Assembly: GCA_011109175.1 (NCBI GenBank)
Contig: RDEW01000003.1
Coordinates: 2,119,761-2,183,760, forward strand
Length of the DNA stretch: 64,000 bases
Direction of reading: 5' to 3'
DNA from: Dicyema japonicum
Taxonomy: Eukaryota > Animalia > Dicyemida
Every line of letters begins with the position of its first letter. Position 1 is the first letter of the stretch. Below, piece by piece: positions 29,614-41,899 of this stretch. The notes below the pieces were generated by a model. That model ran no database searches. It had not been told where the DNA came from and saw nothing but the letters and a program-made list of their open reading frames with translations. The position numbers and the translations under genes are program-made.

Positions 29614-30189
29614 ATGAATCGTCTTGTCTGCTCTAGATTACTTTTAGAACGGACTAGAGTATCTCCTTTAAGATTAAGTAATACTTTGTAACCCACAAAG
29701 ACCTACTAAGACATGCTGGGGGACCATCAACTATGAAAATTCAGCCCTCAACGTATTCGAACCACAGAATTGTTAACAACATTGTAATCCGTTTTCTTAG
29801 ATTTCCAGCACTTATACTGCATGATCTTCGGGATCCCAACCGCCCTGCTTATCCTTTACTCAAATATCTTTATTGGTTCGGCCACTCTCGCAGACATCCC
29901 AGAAGGCTACGAGCCTAGCGTTTATGAATACAACAGGGTGACTTATTTTCGACTATAGAAGCATCCAATTCAACGGTTTTTCGCAAGGTGGATTCAGGAT
30001 CCGATTAAAAAGTACGAGATCTGTCTCGCCCACCACGTGCGTCTTTATGAATCACGGGATTTTGCGTCTGGCTGTTATTTTAGTTGCAGAAAACTTGAGA
30101 GAAAAGTTAGTGATTTGATGAAGAAGAATGACGACTACAAAGCCTGGTATTTTGTGCCTGCTGTCTCCCCCATCGCCGACGATGACTAA
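29614..30189 (+). CDS. NDUFB5: NADH dehydrogenase 1 beta subcomplex subunit 5 (SGDH)
   Basis: Spliced translation MKIQPS..GIPTALLILYSNIFIGSATLADIPEGYEP..EY..HPIQRFFAR..DDYKAWYF matches the NDUFB5 pattern (IGQAELAEIPEGY..EYYKHPISRW). Introns about 23-25 nt. Confidence 0.88.
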
Positions 30190-30475
30190 CTTGCTTTACT
30201 AACTTGTTAACATGTTGAATTACTATCTAAATCATGAAATGTGTTGTGGACATTTTTAGTTTAGTTTGTCTCATTTAGATCGGTTCGTTTCTCCCTGTCA
30301 ATATTATTAAACGCTAAGCATCAACTCGTCACAAAATGATTGATTAAATAGGGGAAATGTCATGTATTCTTCATATCATGGCTTGTTTAATATCGTTTTA
30401 ATTGTGGCGAGTTGATGCTCTTTTGATAGTGACTACTTTGTTGGCGAGTTAGCCTCAACTCGTCACAATTAACTT

Positions 30476-31500
30476 TTATGATAAGAATAAATTTTCAAAT
30501 CCTCCCTCGTTACACGCCAAACTTCTCGTAGCATCCAGATCCTCCCCACTTACGTGCCTCCGGTTGATTGCCTTGAGATCTTCATCCAGCACCCCCGGTA
30601 GCGTAGTACGCGAGCCCCCCGATATTTCTTTCCACCTTAAAGCGAAAAATTCCTCCATTTCCAAATTTGCAGGTGATGTGGGGTCCATCCGTAGGACGTG
30701 TCCAAACAGTCTCCATCGGGCCTCCACCACATTCCAAGTCACAGGTTGCGTTGAGCACTTTCGGTACAGTGCCTCATTGTTGATCCGTGTCGGTCATTGT
30801 ACCCCGCATATTATTATTATTATAAGCAACTACATAGAATCATATAAACTATAATTCTATTCGTGCCGCGTCTGAACAATCCTCTTAATTAGCCTTTCCC
30901 ATCCCCTCCTGTCCGATGCCAAGTGCCGCAGACTACTAAGGTCTTCACCGTCCTTTAGTAGTCTGGTTACTGATCTCAGGTCACCATTAAGGACTTCCGG
31001 AAGAGTTATTCTTGGACGACCTCTGAACTTCTCCCCTGACGTATCGAAGTATTCTTCCATGACGACGTTTGCTGGCGTGTCTTGTTCCAATCTGAGAATA
31101 TGGCCAAACAATCTCCAGCGAGCCTTCATGATCATGGTGCTCAGAGGTCCGGAACCGCATCTTCTATATAAATTTTCACTCCCTACACGCATTGGCCACT
31201 TTAGTCCCAAGAGAGACCGAAGTTGCCTTCTGTGAAAGGAGTCAAGGTTTTGTTCGTCCGTTTTCGAAATTCCCCACGTCCCAGAGTTGTATGTTAGTAT
31301 GGGCCTCACGAACGCCTCATACAACCTGACCCCGCATAGTACTCGTAATTGCCTTCGGTGGAAGGAGTTAATATTTTTGGTTTCTGAGACCGAGATCCCC
31401 CAGCAGGAAGAGTTATATAGCAGGACCGAGTTCACGGAAGCATTATAGAAGCGTGACCAACACAGACAGGAAATGCTTTTTGCAGTCGGAACGTATCAGG
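30476..31500 (-). mobile_element. RTE-like 3' fragment with a second RTE-like fragment (30811-31328) nested inside it
   Basis: Duplicated YNS.WGIS..SFHRRQLR and ARWRLFGH motifs. 10-bp TSD ACCCCGCATA at 30801-30810 and 31329-31338, with a (TAA)n tail on the inner copy. Confidence 0.8.
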
Positions 31501-31539
31501 ATTAACCAGTGAGAAAAATCAGAAAATTAACCAGTGAAC

Positions 31540-32030
31540 ATGTTGCAAAAGTTTTGGATGCCAGGCTAAAGGAAGTGGAGAATCTAAAGGATTGTGCACA
31601 GATGTTCTTGGCAATGCGCCTGCTTAAGAGGAGGAACCAAAAGGGCAAACTAAAAATTCAGGATAACAAAGGGAATATGATTTTTTGACGCTACGGAACA
31701 AGCCGAACTTATTGCTGCTCATTTTGAACGACTCTTTGACGTTGACGGGGAAAAGGTGGACCTAATCACTGGTAATGCAGGAAATCTTGTAAATGAAATC
31801 ACGGTGGGAGAAGTTATGTGAAAAATCTGCGGCCAGTCATCCTTCTCAATACGCTAAGAGAGGTCCTTGCTCTGGTGGTGCTGGATCGTGTGCAATAGCC
31901 TGTGAATGAATTTCTGTCATCGAGCCATAGTGGATTCAGGACAGGCAGATATACCGCTGATGTGGTCTGGGGGCATAGATGGCGTTGTGCCACTTACCAA
32001 AGATGTGAGAGTGCGACTACAATTTTGGGG
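31540..32030 (+). mobile_element. RTE-like RT fragment, opposite orientation
   Basis: NLRPVILLNTLREVLALVVL..SGFRTGR.TADVVWGHRW, with frameshifts. Confidence 0.6.
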
Positions 32031-32189
32031 ATCTGTTTTTCGGGGCACAAAGTGCCTCAAACTGGGGTTACACTGTAAATTGAATTGGTTGCTAATGGAT
32101 TACATCTTGGCATTTCTCTTTAGTGCCCTCATCTCGTCACAATGTTCCTCCCTTGAGTCCACACAAGATCATGATGGGTGAGTACTGCA

Positions 32190-35030
32190 TGGTTACTATG
32201 TAGCAGACACACCACTCCATTTAGACGAATTAGGGTTTCCACAGAAATTGGTGACAAATTCCTTTCCAGCAATCTACTGTTTCGTTGCTTTGCACGACCT
32301 TAATATGGATGACGCGATCTTCACGGCATTTGTATTCGGAGGTGTCGTTCTTGGTCTTCCACGGAATCCTGCTTCTGTGTGTGCGAATTAGTTATCCATT
32401 GTGACTTTTGCAGGGATCTGGTCATTTAGACGTAACACGTGGCTAAAGAGGCTCCATCTTGATTTGAAAATATTTTTATTAGTATAAAGGTTTACATTAG
32501 AGATCTTCATAGGCCAGTTGATCTCGATTACCGATTTGAGCTGAGCTCTGTGGAAAGAGTTAAGACTGTCCATTTCCCGTTTAGGGATTCCCCAAGTCCC
32601 ACAGTTGTAGGTTAGAACCGGGATGACATAATCTTTGTATATTCTAAGCCTGGTGCTTAATCCTATCCTCTTGGCCCCATATTGACGATATTGTTTTTCA
32701 GTGCACTTATAGCAAAGATCTTCCTACAAATAACATCTTCAGAGTCTCCTAGAAGCGAGCCAACCTTCTTTTGCTTTCCCCATGACTCGTCCGATCTCCT
32801 ATCAGTACCTATAGCGTTGTAAACTCTGTTTTGTTGGGATTTAGGGATTAGAACCATTTCGAAAATATGTGGGAGTACGTTGAGCATGTGCTGAAGTGTT
32901 TCAGTATCCTCAGAAACAACGTCCAGATCGTCCCCTGAACTCTCTTAGTGCAGCTTCAAGGTAGACAACGAAGAGGACCGGGGATAGCGAGTCCCCTGAG
33001 GAACTCCACGTGAAGTCGAAAAAAATTGGATGCACATTTGTCAATTTTGACAGAAAGATAAGTGTTCTGCATGAGCAGGCGTATTATTTTAACGTCGTCG
33101 GGGACAAGAAAACTCTTCAGAACTTCCATAAATTTTCCCTGGTGTACCGAAACGAATGCACGGGACATATCAATGCCAAGTATTTCAATAGATTTTTTAT
33201 ACTTTGGGCATAGGGCACAATACTCACACTAAATCGGCTGTAGACCTGCTTGTCCGAAACCCACTTTGGCCGGGGGATAGGAATTTGTTCACTTTGTTTT
33301 TTATCTGGTGTAACGCAATAAGAGACAGGTCTAAGGTTGCAAAAGGACATTAAGCTTTCCCGGGTTTTTGTAGAGGTATTAGCCACTCTTTTCCCAGTTC
33401 CAATGTATTGTCTTCCTGAAGAGATCGATTGAAAACATTGGTGATCATTTTGGCTAGCTCCTCCGGGGCTTTAAAAGTTCTGCTGGGATATTGTCTGGTC
33501 CTGCAGATCTTCCGGTGTTCAGTTTTTGATTGCACGAAAAGTTTGCGTGCAATAGAGTGGATTTGTCAGGTTTCAAAGATCAAATTGCGATGCCGTGATA
33601 TTAGCTTTATTAACGTCCCCAATGACAGTACGGCCGAGGTTATGGTGGACAGTGATCGGGGCCGAACCCTGTGTTAAGGAGGCGAATTGCAATAAACATC
33701 TTTGGTTCGTAGTTACGTTTCGATATTTCGGAAATTTGATTTTCTGCTTCACTTCTTGCAAGGAATTTTGTATTTGTTTGATCTTTGTTAGGACTCTGCC
33801 TCTCTGGGATCGGAGCTCGTTGATTTTTTCTAATGCAATTGTTTTTTCGGATTGGAGGCTGAGCTTTTTTGTATTACAGAAAGTTGTCTGATATTCTGAC
33901 TGCTTTGTTTGTGACTGGGTTTGGGGGTGAGACCCAAAACACTAGAGGCTGCTTTTTGTATAGCAACGACTATTTCCTTCCATATTTTATTCGCTGGTTG
34001 ATTTTCGTTAAAGGAGTTGATGCTGTTCCTCAGAGTTGCACTATATCTAAGATTGGTAGATTCTTCATAACGTAGCCTCTCCGTGTCGTATCGTACTGAG
34101 GAGATACCTTTGCGTTTTCCGTGTATTCCATGAATTCTGTTTAGTATTAGCCGAGCGACAAGTTTGTGATCGCTGCTAGCTTCAAGTCCGTCATATGTCC
34201 TCGAATGTTGCTTGCAGAGAATATAGTCAATCTGGTTGTATATTCGGATTGTGTTTCCTGATTTGTATTTTCTGGTGGCAACCCAAGTGATCTCGTGTCT
34301 TGCTGAGTGCCTGAAACAAGTATTGCATAAGAGTAAGTTAAACGCCGAGCAAAATTGCATCAATGATTCACCGAGAAGGTTGCGAGGATTTCTCCGTGGG
34401 CTCCAACGCACGCTTCCCTATGGTTTGGCTTTTCCAGCCCTGGCGTTCCAGTCCCCGGCGATAGGAATGTAAGAGAACGAAAGCGAGTTGTATACACTCG
34501 TGAGAGAGACTAAAATGCGTCCAGCTCTTCGATATTTGTTAAGACTCCCGCTCCGGTTGGGGCATATGCGTTTATGATGGAGATGACTGAGTTGATTTTA
34601 TTTCCGCATTTGATTTTCAGCACGGTCAGATGCCGTCCACAGTCTTGTAACAAAGTGAACCAGATCCTGATGGACTGCAAATTTAAGACCATAATGTCGA
34701 CAGGCCGATGAGAGGGTGAGAAGGTGGAATTTGCCAAACAGTTCCGTAAATTGTACGGTCGTTTTTGTCTCTTGTAGACAGCAGACATAGATGTTTATTG
34801 GAAGACATCCAGAAGCCTGTTTGTACGAAGGGTTCTGGTGATATTAATAGAAACCAAGTCATGGATCGTCTTAAAGCGCGACAGAATGAGCTCAGTCTCT
34901 GGGATGATTTGAAGAATGCGAACTTAGTCACCAATGGTAGGTATGATTCTCCTTTTGCTTTTGGAAAGTCAAAAGCAGTGAGTCGAGTTGTCAGTGTTTT
35001 AATTTGCAGAGGAATTGTAGACAGAATCAT
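32190..35030 (-). mobile_element. Degenerate APE-RT LINE of the same RTE-like family
   Basis: VCCLQETK, INAYAPT, YNQIDYILC, SDHKLV, LIPLQKPGK, KKVGSLLGDSED, RWSLFSHVLR. Confidence 0.8.
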
Positions 35031-35819
35031 GTAATGGTCCCTGATTGGGGGAATTTTTGATTGCTAGTATAGGTGGTCAACCGGTAGTTGTTCTTAGAGC
35101 AGAGTTTTAATCACGGGAAGGAGTGTTGTTTAGAAATAACGTCGGTTCTCCCAAGGTTCTTCGTCACTTCCATCCCCTTTATTGCTCAACCTATTCAGGC
35201 CGATCTTCCTATCTCAGAAAAAAAACGACATCCTATTTATGCAGATGACAGTTTTGGCATCATGTGATCTGAATAAACTTGTGGGATCACCGACACCACG
35301 TGTGGTTTTCACAACACGTCAAAAACGCAATTATCGAATTGAGAATAACCTTCTGAAAGCCCATCAGGATTATCTCTGTGCGTGTGCTTCCTGGGGTCCA
35401 TTCATCTCTTGGACAGATTTCTTGAAGATTGAAACTAGTCAAAATGGGATTTTTAAAAATTACTGAGCGATGACTTCTGAAAAGGTACCCTCCTCAATGC
35501 CTCTGGATCCCTAATCTGTAAGAAATGAGGAACGCGCGCGTGGGACTACGAGCATTCAGATATACGATCGATATTTGCCTCTATAGACTCCGGGAAGGAG
35601 CATCGGACCAAGTTGAGGTCTTTGTTGTAGCGTTCCAGGATCACATGAGTAGTTAGTTTGATGTTACTAAATTTTTTGGAATTTTTTTCATTAATTCAAG
35701 TTGAACTGACTACGGTTGTAGTAAAAAAGCGTTATGGATGACTTTTCGGGAGAAGGGCTGAGAAGATTTAGGTCCAACCAAAAGGAAATTAGATTAACAT
35801 AGTCTGCCTAGTCTCAGCA

Positions 35820-36368
35820 TCTAAAAGTGAGAGAGGTTCACGGCTCATGGCTCTTCCCTGTACATCGTCCGGAAATAGGAATCTGTTTCCGGTTCAATGT
35901 TTCCATGATCCACAGGTGCAAATAGGGGAAGATGATTGACGTTAAAGGACTTCACGTACTCTCCTGCCGAGGTGGGAGCACAAGGGACATGACGGTGAAT
36001 AAAGTAATTGCGAGAGGCTGGAAATCGCGTATATCCTGTACAACTGGAGCCCCTTGACTATAAACAACTCTTTTCCAGTGAAAAGGTGAAAAATACCCGA
36101 CTTGTAACTATGGTTTCTCCGTTTCCAACCTTACACCTACTCAAGAAAGATAAAAATTAAAAAATCAATAATTAAAAGACGGTGATCATACTAAAAATCT
36201 TACCACCCAAAGTAAAAATCCCAACGCCCAGGTTGAGAACTATTGGTATAGGGAATCGGATTTCTACACGATCAGGAGATCTTCATGAGCGCTACTTGTT
36301 ATTTGAGCGATTCTCGCTCGCCATCCTGAGAGGGAATAACCACGCAGTCAGGGCAGCCGCTATATGAC
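35820..36368 (+). mobile_element. CRE-like 3' remnant
   Basis: GLHVLSCR zinc motif and terminal LFERFSLAILRGNNHAV. Confidence 0.6.
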
Positions 36369-36524
36369 CATTTGTTCACTTTTTTGTCATTAATAAATAG
36401 TATTAAACACATTCCTGTGAAGAACCTGGGTTTTTCATATCCAATGTGGAATTCTAATCTCAATTGTCCTATGTTGCTTATCCGTTAACTTCACAGTTAT
36501 GAAGGACTCTGTTTCCGTGGCGTC

Positions 36525-39230
36525 ATGTGGTCTACCAGATATGAATGTTCTGGAGGAGCTCAGGGTGCACTTAATGCACCGCGGAAAAGGACCATTAACT
36601 ACCTCCCATCCGAAGAAGGACTCTTCGGACGACGGTCTCTTCCCTTTCTTAATCCCCCTCGGCTAACTGGGTTTCTGATGATTCTCGCCGGTGACATTGA
36701 ACTTAATCCAGGTCCTCCACTCTCAATTCTGCAGATAAACATCAACGGAATCAAAAGCAAAATTCTCGAAGTACGGTCTTTCATTAAAGAACAGAACATT
36801 GACCTGATTTACTTCAAGAAAGCAGACTTACTCCATCACCTACCCCGCATTTTCCAGGATACCACTGCATCCGCCTGGACCGCTCAAACCGTCGTGGTGG
36901 GGGTCTCCACTTCATTATAAGAGATAACATTCGATTTACGGACACCTCAGCGAAACTACAATCACTAATAAACGATGGGACCATGGAAATATCTGGGATA
37001 TCAATTACAAGTGGATTCGGAACTCTCAACATTACAAACATCTCCATCTTCTTGCCCAAAAGGATTCTTTCTAAACCTAACCAAGTTAAACAAGCTCGGA
37101 AACCTGATTTTGTGTGGAGATTTTAATGCTAATCATCCATTCTGGTTAAAATCACATCCAGCAGACTCAGGAGGATCATCCTTATTGAACCAACTCGCCT
37201 CTCTGACTATCCTCAACAAACCCAGGAAGCACACTAGGAATCCTTACAAGGAATACTAATTCAACGTCCCCAGACATTACCTTGTGTTCCCCAAACCTTG
37301 TACCGGAAACATCTTGGATGGTACATTATGGATTATCCCGGACAGAAACATCAAACAAAAACTCTCAACGACGAAATATCTAAAAGGATTAGAAAAGCTG
37401 AAGCCAACAAATGGGACAAACTAGTATCTTCCATTTCAGAAATCTGCTCAGAAGATATGGAGAGAAATTAAACAACTTGGTCCAAAAGGAAATTTTAAAA
37501 GAACAGACGGATCAGCACAGTCTTAACAAGCTCATGAAATATTACGCCAATATAAGCCACAAACCTTTCAGGAAAATGGATGAGCCTTCTTTATCCTCAA
37601 TAAGACCGAAAGAACACAGCCGATTAACCTTATCTCATTCAGATGTCAGTGAGGGTTTGAAGAGGATGAATTCTTCCCTCTCATGTGGGCCAGATTCTAT
37701 CCCTGGTATTTTACTAAAACACCTTGGACCTATTGCGATTGATGCAATCACAGTGATTTTCAACTATTCAATAAACATGAATACAATTCCAACTATCTGG
37801 AAACTGTCCTATATACGCCCAATCCTTAAGCCTGGAAGCCTAAGGACAATCCTGCATCATTTCCACCAATCTCTTTACTATGCACCTTATCAAAGTTATT
37901 GGAAAAATTGATTCTTAATCTTGTAACCTTTCCCTTCCTTTTTCGTCTCACAACATAGATTCAGAAGGGGTCATTCAACTTCCACCCACCTAACTTCCCT
38001 CAACCAATTTATCATTGAAGGCTTTAACACAAATCTCGTCACCTCAAAACAGTCGTTTGCTCGATCGATTTACAAAGAGGCGCTGTTTCAAGGAAAACCC
38101 TAACCCAGAAATTGTTTGTTCTCCCCGTCAACCCCAATATAAAACTTTGGCTTGCTAACTTCATAAATGGAAAAAGGGCCCGGGTATACATGGATGGGAC
38201 CAAATCAATTTCAAGATTACTACCCAATGGTGTCCCACAAGGTTCCCCTTTATTACCCGCCTTATTTTACTTATACATGTCCGATTTACCACAACCCGAT
38301 AATAAAGACGATTTCATCCTATCATATGCTGATGACTTATTAATCGGATCCCAGCATCAAGATATCCCAAAGGCATCAGAAAGACTACAAGAATACCTTC
38401 ACAAAATTCAATTTTAGCTAAATTATAACCGGCTTGATATATCTACTGAAGAATATTCTTGGTCTTTATTTACCTCAGACAAACGACTTGGACAAATGAC
38501 AGTGGAGCCATCAACCAGACAAAAATACCTTTCCGAAGAAACTGAAAATCTTGGAGATCACCTTCGACACACACATGTCCTTTTCATCTAGCGTCGACGC
38601 TGTCTCTGGAAGCTGCTCAAGAAAGCTAGGGATAATCAAAACTATTTTCGGTGGCAGTAAAACCCCTTTCCCAGCTTTGAAATTTTGTACAAACAATTCA
38701 TTGAGCCATCTGTCAGCTATGCCTGTACGTCATGGGGAATCAATCTGTCCTGGACGATCAATCAAAGAATCCGAGACATTCAGGCCTTAACAGCCACTAC
38801 TATTAGTAATCTCGGGAAACTAGAAAAACTANAAACCCCTTTCCCAGCTTTGAAATTTTTGTACAAACAATTCATTGAGCCATCTGTCAGCTATGCCTGT
38901 ACGTCATGGGGAATCAATCTGTCCTGGACGATCAATCAAAGAATCCGAGACATTCAGGCCTTAACAGCCACTACTATTAGTAATCTCGGGAAACTAGAAA
39001 AACTAATACTCTCATCACTTGAATACCTTATCCGACAAAATGGAAAGGGATTTGCTACCCTGTGTAAGCAGTGCACCTCTCAACAATACACAGCCACGAC
39101 GTGCCTTATGAGAAGGGAATACATCACCCCCTCTCCAATTCCCGAAACCACCCCGCCCACAGAGAAGTTGTGTTGGATCCCAGAAGGCGCACGAGGAGAA
39201 AATAAGAATTTTGATTGAGGCCTTCGAGAT
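36525..39230 (+). mobile_element. APE-RT LINE (I/Ingi/L2-group-like) with an N-terminal 2A-like StopGo motif
   Basis: LAGDIELNPGP immediately before the APE (LQININGI, LCGDFNA), then RT (CGPDSIP, GVPQGSPL.P.LF, SYADD). Frameshifted. Confidence 0.85.
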
Positions 39231-39296
39231 CACTTAATTAATTTATTAATTAAATTTTTTTAAATTAACAATTTATTGAAGAATAAAACCAAATAG

Positions 39297-40120
39297 TTAA
39301 AGGCTACTGGCTGCTCTCAGGATTGAGAGCTCATTTCCCCTTACGATCTGTAAGGAGATGCGCTCAATGAGCCAGCCCTTCTCTCTGACATCCCTCCTCC
39401 TTTTAGCGACTAACGATCCAATTTTGTTGAGCAGGACTAACGACCTGCTTCCTATGACTCTCGAAGTTTCGACTGCGACTGGTTCAAATGTGTACTGCTC
39501 GCCGAGGCATGTGTACTTCTTTGCTTTAAGTATTTCTGCTTTCTCTGCAGCTGAGCCTGGATTTGTCGCACTCATTGTAATATTGGAAGGGGAGAAGCTA
39601 TCTACGCAGGTGGCATGCCAGGTACTTCCCAGCATCCCACGGGAACAGAGTCGCTCCATCCGGCCTTCTGTTTGCCGTGGCAAGTCCTAGGGGCTCCATC
39701 TGGACAGGGAATCCGGCAGCTTCTAGTCCCCACGCAATAACCTTGTTGATTGCACTATGTCTCAGGCTCCTTCGGCAGGAAAGTGCGTGGAGTCCTTTCG
39801 CGTCGACTATTCCTCCACATCTACAGCGATGGATTGCGCAAACATCGATTCCGAGGCGGAAGCAAACCCCAATCCTCGTGGAGTCATCGTCCAGAAAAGT
39901 TCCGAGTGAAATGCACGGGAATGCTTTGAGCCATGAACCACTTACGTTTGTTGATGCGGTAGCCAGACAAGCCAGACGATGCTGGTCGAGTTGTGGTTTT
40001 AGCTCATCGATGGTCCTCGAACATACAAGTTCGTTCCAGTCTCATTGTTTGTTGAAGTTCTTCGGGAGTCCCAAATTAAGTCCAATCCAAACATCGTGAG
40101 CCATGCATGCCATAACTATT
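39297..40120 (-). mobile_element. CRE-like element 3' part (REL)
   Basis: WHATCVDSF..AAEKAEILKAKKY..FEPVAVETS..WLIERISLQIVRGN. Confidence 0.85.
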
Positions 40121-40842
40121 GGTGTTCTTAGGTTAATAATAAGGACTAAAATAAGCACTTCGATAGGTGAACTACTAAACAACAAGTAAATCATGTCACC
40201 GACTAATATGCTTATTAGAAAAAAATTAAATTAACTGATCATAGATTTTTTCACCTATAGTGAGATCTCCTCTAGCAAAGATATACGTCAACTTCTTCTC
40301 ATAACTCTACGCAATTGACGACAGACCAGCCCAACATCATAGCTTGCACTAACGAGCTTCTGGACGTTAAAGGAAGCAGGATCCCCCCAACCGAGGGAAA
40401 TCCATATCCAGTTGGTGACACTCAGCTATAATCACCATGTTGATTTACGAGACTGTTTGAACAGAATCGAATGATCGGCTTCGTCACTATGTCATTTCTG
40501 CATTCCAGACGACCACAAAACAGACCAACTCATTTCCTGGTCCGCCTTCGAGTTCTGCAGCACATTATATACACATGACGGATCTCTGGAAACTTCCGCT
40601 TTTGGTAGTTACTTTCTTGTTAGCAACAGGTTTCCCTTACTTGAAGAAACGGGAAGTAAATGAATAATAAATCTCCTAGCATATAGACGTAGTCTAAAAG
40701 TAGTTTAATCACAGTGCAAATATATAAACGTAGAGATTCATGTCGACTACCCGACTGACTCTGTTAACCATAACCTAATATAATCACCAAAAAAACTAAA
40801 AAAATCTATTAAGCCGAACAAGGAAAGAATGAAAAAATCAAA

Positions 40843-41639
40843 TCAATCCCGACGTGAGGCAGACCTACTACTCTTTGATCGACTCCTCGAGGATGATCTT
40901 CTCGACTCACTACAATAAACACATCCACACCTGCTTTCAGGGCTTCGCCTCCTATACCTTGATGACCTTGTCTTTCTGTACGATTCAGAACTCGATCTAC
41001 TGTAGGACCGATTCCTTCTCCGACTCGTGGACCTATGAATAACTCCCAATTCAACCTAGATCTCATCGATCTGTGTCTCCTGTCCAACGAACGGTCTCTT
41101 GAGTATGATCGACGCCTCGGGGACCTGCGAAAACGTTAATCACGGCCGACGGATCGTCGAACGGCGAGAAGACGGTGATCATACTAGCTAGCTGCGCATG
41201 CATAACACACACTCAGATATCGCACATAGCTCAGCCCGCCAGTACCTTGAACCTCCTTTCCCGCCAAATCTTGAACAGTCGTAGGCGTAATGACCTCGCT
41301 CATTGCACTTAAAACATCGGTCGTTTGGGTTGAAAGCCTTCCGCTCTCTTCCATTATGTCCCCTGTTAGATGGACCATTGGAATGTTCAACTCGAACTCT
41401 TCCCCACAAACGTGGGATCCATCGAGTTTCTTCACTGCCTGGTCGGCGTCTCGAGGATCTTCAAATTCGACAAATGCAAATCCAGGGGGGTTACGTGCCA
41501 CCCAAACACTACGAATTGCTCCATAGCGAGAAAATGAGTCTTCTAATTCTCGTTCAGATGCATTTTTCGATAAATCACCGATAAATACTTTAGAAGGATT
41601 TCTTTTATGTTAAAAACAGACAAACCTCGAATCAGACAT
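40843..41639 (-). CDS. SRSF7: SR splicing factor with RRM, CCHC zinc knuckle and RS domain (SRSF7/9G8-like)
   Basis: [55 protein letters not shown] tail. Introns of 24, 121, 23 and probably 21 nt. One 1-nt deletion near 41405. Confidence 0.9.
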
Positions 41640-41899
41640 ACGTCAACAACGTGAATGTATTTTTTCTAGAAATTTCTATTTTAAATTATATTATTTTATA
41701 ATATTTTTTTTCAATTATATTTATAATTTTCACTTTATTTAAATTTTTTATCAAAACTTTTTAAAGTTTTTAATTTTTCTTGACACAACAGCTGAGAGAA
41801 CAATCATTGTACGCATGTGAGGTGGGCTGGTATTAAAGTAGTCAGAAATAAATTGAGGCAGCTTAGATAAATTCATTGTGGCAGATTTTCCAGGACGGT

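Noticed and set aside
36410-36500. Possible 5' HDV-like ribozyme of the 2A-LINE (CTGTGAAG/CTTCACAG helix)
   Set aside because: L3 is too short and there is no GG for P1.1. One 8-bp helix is not enough evidence.
38660-39005. Exact ~172-bp tandem duplication inside the 2A-LINE
   Set aside because: The copies are separated by a single N (38832) and differ only by one T in a homopolymer. This is typical of an unmerged contig overlap.
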